Assembly (NCBI GenBank): GCA_951406725.2
Contig: OX597816.1
Coordinates: 496,001-560,000, forward strand
Length of the DNA stretch: 64,000 bases
Direction of reading: 5' to 3'
DNA from: Octopus vulgaris
Taxonomy: Eukaryota
The notes under the pieces were generated by a model, which was not told the origin of the DNA, searched no databases, and saw nothing but the letters and a program-made list of their open reading frames with translations. Position 1 is the first letter of the stretch. Each line of letters starts with the position of its first letter. A program made the translations under genes and the position numbers. This document shows positions 61,197 through 64,000 of this stretch, piece by piece.

Positions 61197-64000
61197 TGCA
61201 TCTCTTTTAAATTGTGGCTAATAAAATAGAAAAAGTCAAAGGAGTTAATCTCAGAGGAATATGGATTAGAGTTAGTAAAATCCTATGGGGAGCATATTCT
61301 AGTTCTCTATCATTTCCAATGTTCTTCCCACATTACATGGAGTCAGACTGTTCAATAATTTTCAATAATTCACTAATATTACTAATTTTCCTTGTAATTC
61401 CAGCTCAAGCATTCTAGATCTTAAAATTAGTCAGATAATCATTATCCCTAAGCATCATTAATTCAGTGCTGGATATCCATGGCAACAAATGCATTTCATG
61501 CTTCATCCCTCTGAAACTGTTAAGATCTCTAACAGAAAAGAATCTGGCTTCTGTAATTATTTTTCCCTATTCCTTAATTTATTATCCAATCTTATTCAGA
61601 TGCTCCTTTCATCATCATCATCATCACCACTTTAACCTTCACTTTTCCATGCTTGCATTGATGGAATTCACTTTATTAGGAAATATTTTCAGAGGCTCTC
61701 CTGTCACTAGTTTTTCACATGTTTCTAAGCAGGGATAATGTTTCCCTATGGTCAGACATGTTTTCCACAGAATATTGCGAATGAATAACACTGCTTGTAT
61801 GACAGTGGCAGTCATTTACATCTATTGGGGTCATGTCAAGACAAGGAGATTAATGGGGCTTAAGCAAACAGAAGAAAACAACTCATGCTCCCGTTTCCCA
61901 CTGAAGAAAGGAGCAGCAGGTTACACCACAAAAATAATGCAGAAGGAAAAGTCTACGCCCTGTGAAGCCCATGATTTCTCCTTCACTTGTCCCTCACTTT
62001 GCCAACACACTGGTATCACCTCCTTCTGGCTAGAAAAGGGAAGCCCTCCCCCTACACACACCTCGTCACCTCCTTTCTCACCTCACCTGCCATCTTAGCT
62101 CATAACATCACAGATGCAAACACATACAGACCAACAATACATAGTTCACTCTGTAAAGTGATTGGAATTAGGAAGGGCGTCCAGCTGTAAAAACCATGCC
62201 AAAACAGACAGTAAAGCTTAATGGAGTCTTTTGGCTATTAAACCAACCCTAGCCAGTGTGTAAGGCAGATATTAAATGGTGATGATGATAATGGTATACA
62301 TATACAATTAGCTTCTTTCAGTTTTTGTCTACCAATTTCATTCATAAGACATTGGTCAGCCTAGGGCCATTGTAGAAGATGCTTGCTCAAGGTTCTGTGC
62401 AGTTAGACTGAAACCAAGACCACATATATATTTGGTCATGCCCATTTGTCTCTGTGCTCACATGAATGGAAGGTTTTGATTGGATAAGATATTTTTACAG
62501 CTGAATGCTCTTCCTGCTCCTAACCACTCAATTGTAAATTCGCACTCAAACTTGTTCTTGTTTGTCATGCAGATTGAAGCAACCACAGTTAAGTGCCCTT
62601 TTATGGAATTTAACACAATATAGCTCTAATAAGAACTGAATTGACATCTATTTAGTTGCTAGTCTTCATGTTCCACAACACATGTATATGAATCATTGTA
62701 TTCATATATGCAACATGTTAAATCTCTTCTTACAAGAACATATTGATCACCTGACAACTCTACTTTGATTGCAATTTTCATCCATCTTTAGAATAACAAT
62801 GAGCTAACTTTTGTAGTATTGGCCGAAAGCCACATGTGTTTGAGGAGAGTGTTGGGGGGGGGGGTGCAGTCAATTGAAACGACCTTAAGAATTTTGAGAG
62901 ATGAAAGACAATATTGATCTTAACAAGATTTTGAACACAAAACAAGGTGGCATAACTAAGTTCTAGAAGGTTTTTAATCTGTTGTTCTGCTATTTCTATT
63001 GACCACCCTCTGTGATGTCATTAATAATAATGTTCATGTTGTGCCATCATCAATTTGCAACATAATCCACTCTTACTGTTAAGAAGGGCATCCAGCTGTA
63101 AAAACCCTGCCAAAACAGACACAGACATCTAGTGTAGGCTCCTGCCTAACCAGTGCCTTTTAAACAGTCCAACCTATGGAAGGGCGCACATTACATGATG
63201 ATGGTATGTCGTATAACTACAGATTCTTTATTTGTTTAAGTTCTGATGCTAGAATGCACATATAATTTGCATTTAAGTAGCAAAATAGATTTAAAACTTA
63301 TGTTGCTACTAGCTGATATGATGCTGTTGAACTAGTGACTGACTAATGGTTGACAGTGTGTACCCTTTTACGAGACTGGGTGGTTTCTCTTGTAAAAATA
63401 CTTGACTCTTTATTGCCTAGTCTCAATGTAATTTACTACCATGAAGAGATACAGTGAATGGCAGTGGTAACTGCAGCAGCAAAGATGGTTCTGCATAATT
63501 ACTGAACAGCAATTATACAAATGATAATGATAAATCATTCTAATGTATTCTCTCTTGAATTCTGTAGGGAAACATCTTTAATAGTAGACCTTTGACCCAA
63601 TATATTCTGGGTCAATGTATTTCTGTTTTATGTGCGTTATTCAATGATTCTTTGACTCTAGTAATTCAATCTCATCAACCATTGGGAAGTCATTCTAGCA
63701 TACACAAAATGCCATGCAGTGGACTGAACGCAAAACAACGTAATAGAGAAGTGAACTTTTTAACCAAATAACCATGCCCACATATGCGTGTATGTATGTG
63801 ATTCTCTTTTTGCTAGAGATGGATTACAATTCCATTGTGTTGTCAGAAATATTTCTGTAAACAAAGACAAACAATCTAAAATAAAGTAAAACAGTATTAA
63901 TAAAAAAAAGTTAAAAAAAAATGTTTCTTCATTTTGCTTTGTTTTTTTTTCTTTTACAAAGCTCGTTTGTGAAATATTAACCCAAACTGCTTACAGTATA

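Overview
AT-rich, microsatellite-dense eukaryotic DNA; the SINE/LINE repertoire looks like an octopus (coleoid cephalopod) genome (inference from repeat families). Only one host coding exon is supportable: a minus-strand first exon at 3993-4335 encoding a signal-peptide protein. The rest is upstream/intergenic DNA filled with nested mobile elements. These include a hAT transposon with an exact 8-bp TSD, a near full-length CR1-clade LINE, a second CR1 family, an abundant (GAT)n-tailed RTE family, BovB-like RTEs, a deleted Helitron, a deleted mariner, several MITEs and three tRNA-derived SINE families. The most interesting signals are at RNA-structure level. (1) An HDV-like ribozyme fold marks the exact 5' end of an inverted RTE 5'UTR in a twin-primed insertion bounded by an 11-bp TSD. 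(2) The dominant RTE family carries a copy-number-variable tandem array of ~60-nt units in its 3'UTR, each able to form an H-type pseudoknot, plus a C4HC3 PHD-type finger inserted inside its RT. (3) Several Penelope-type hammerhead motifs are present. Two locally templated insertions with microhomology junctions are also visible. All structures were read by eye; none was computed or searched.
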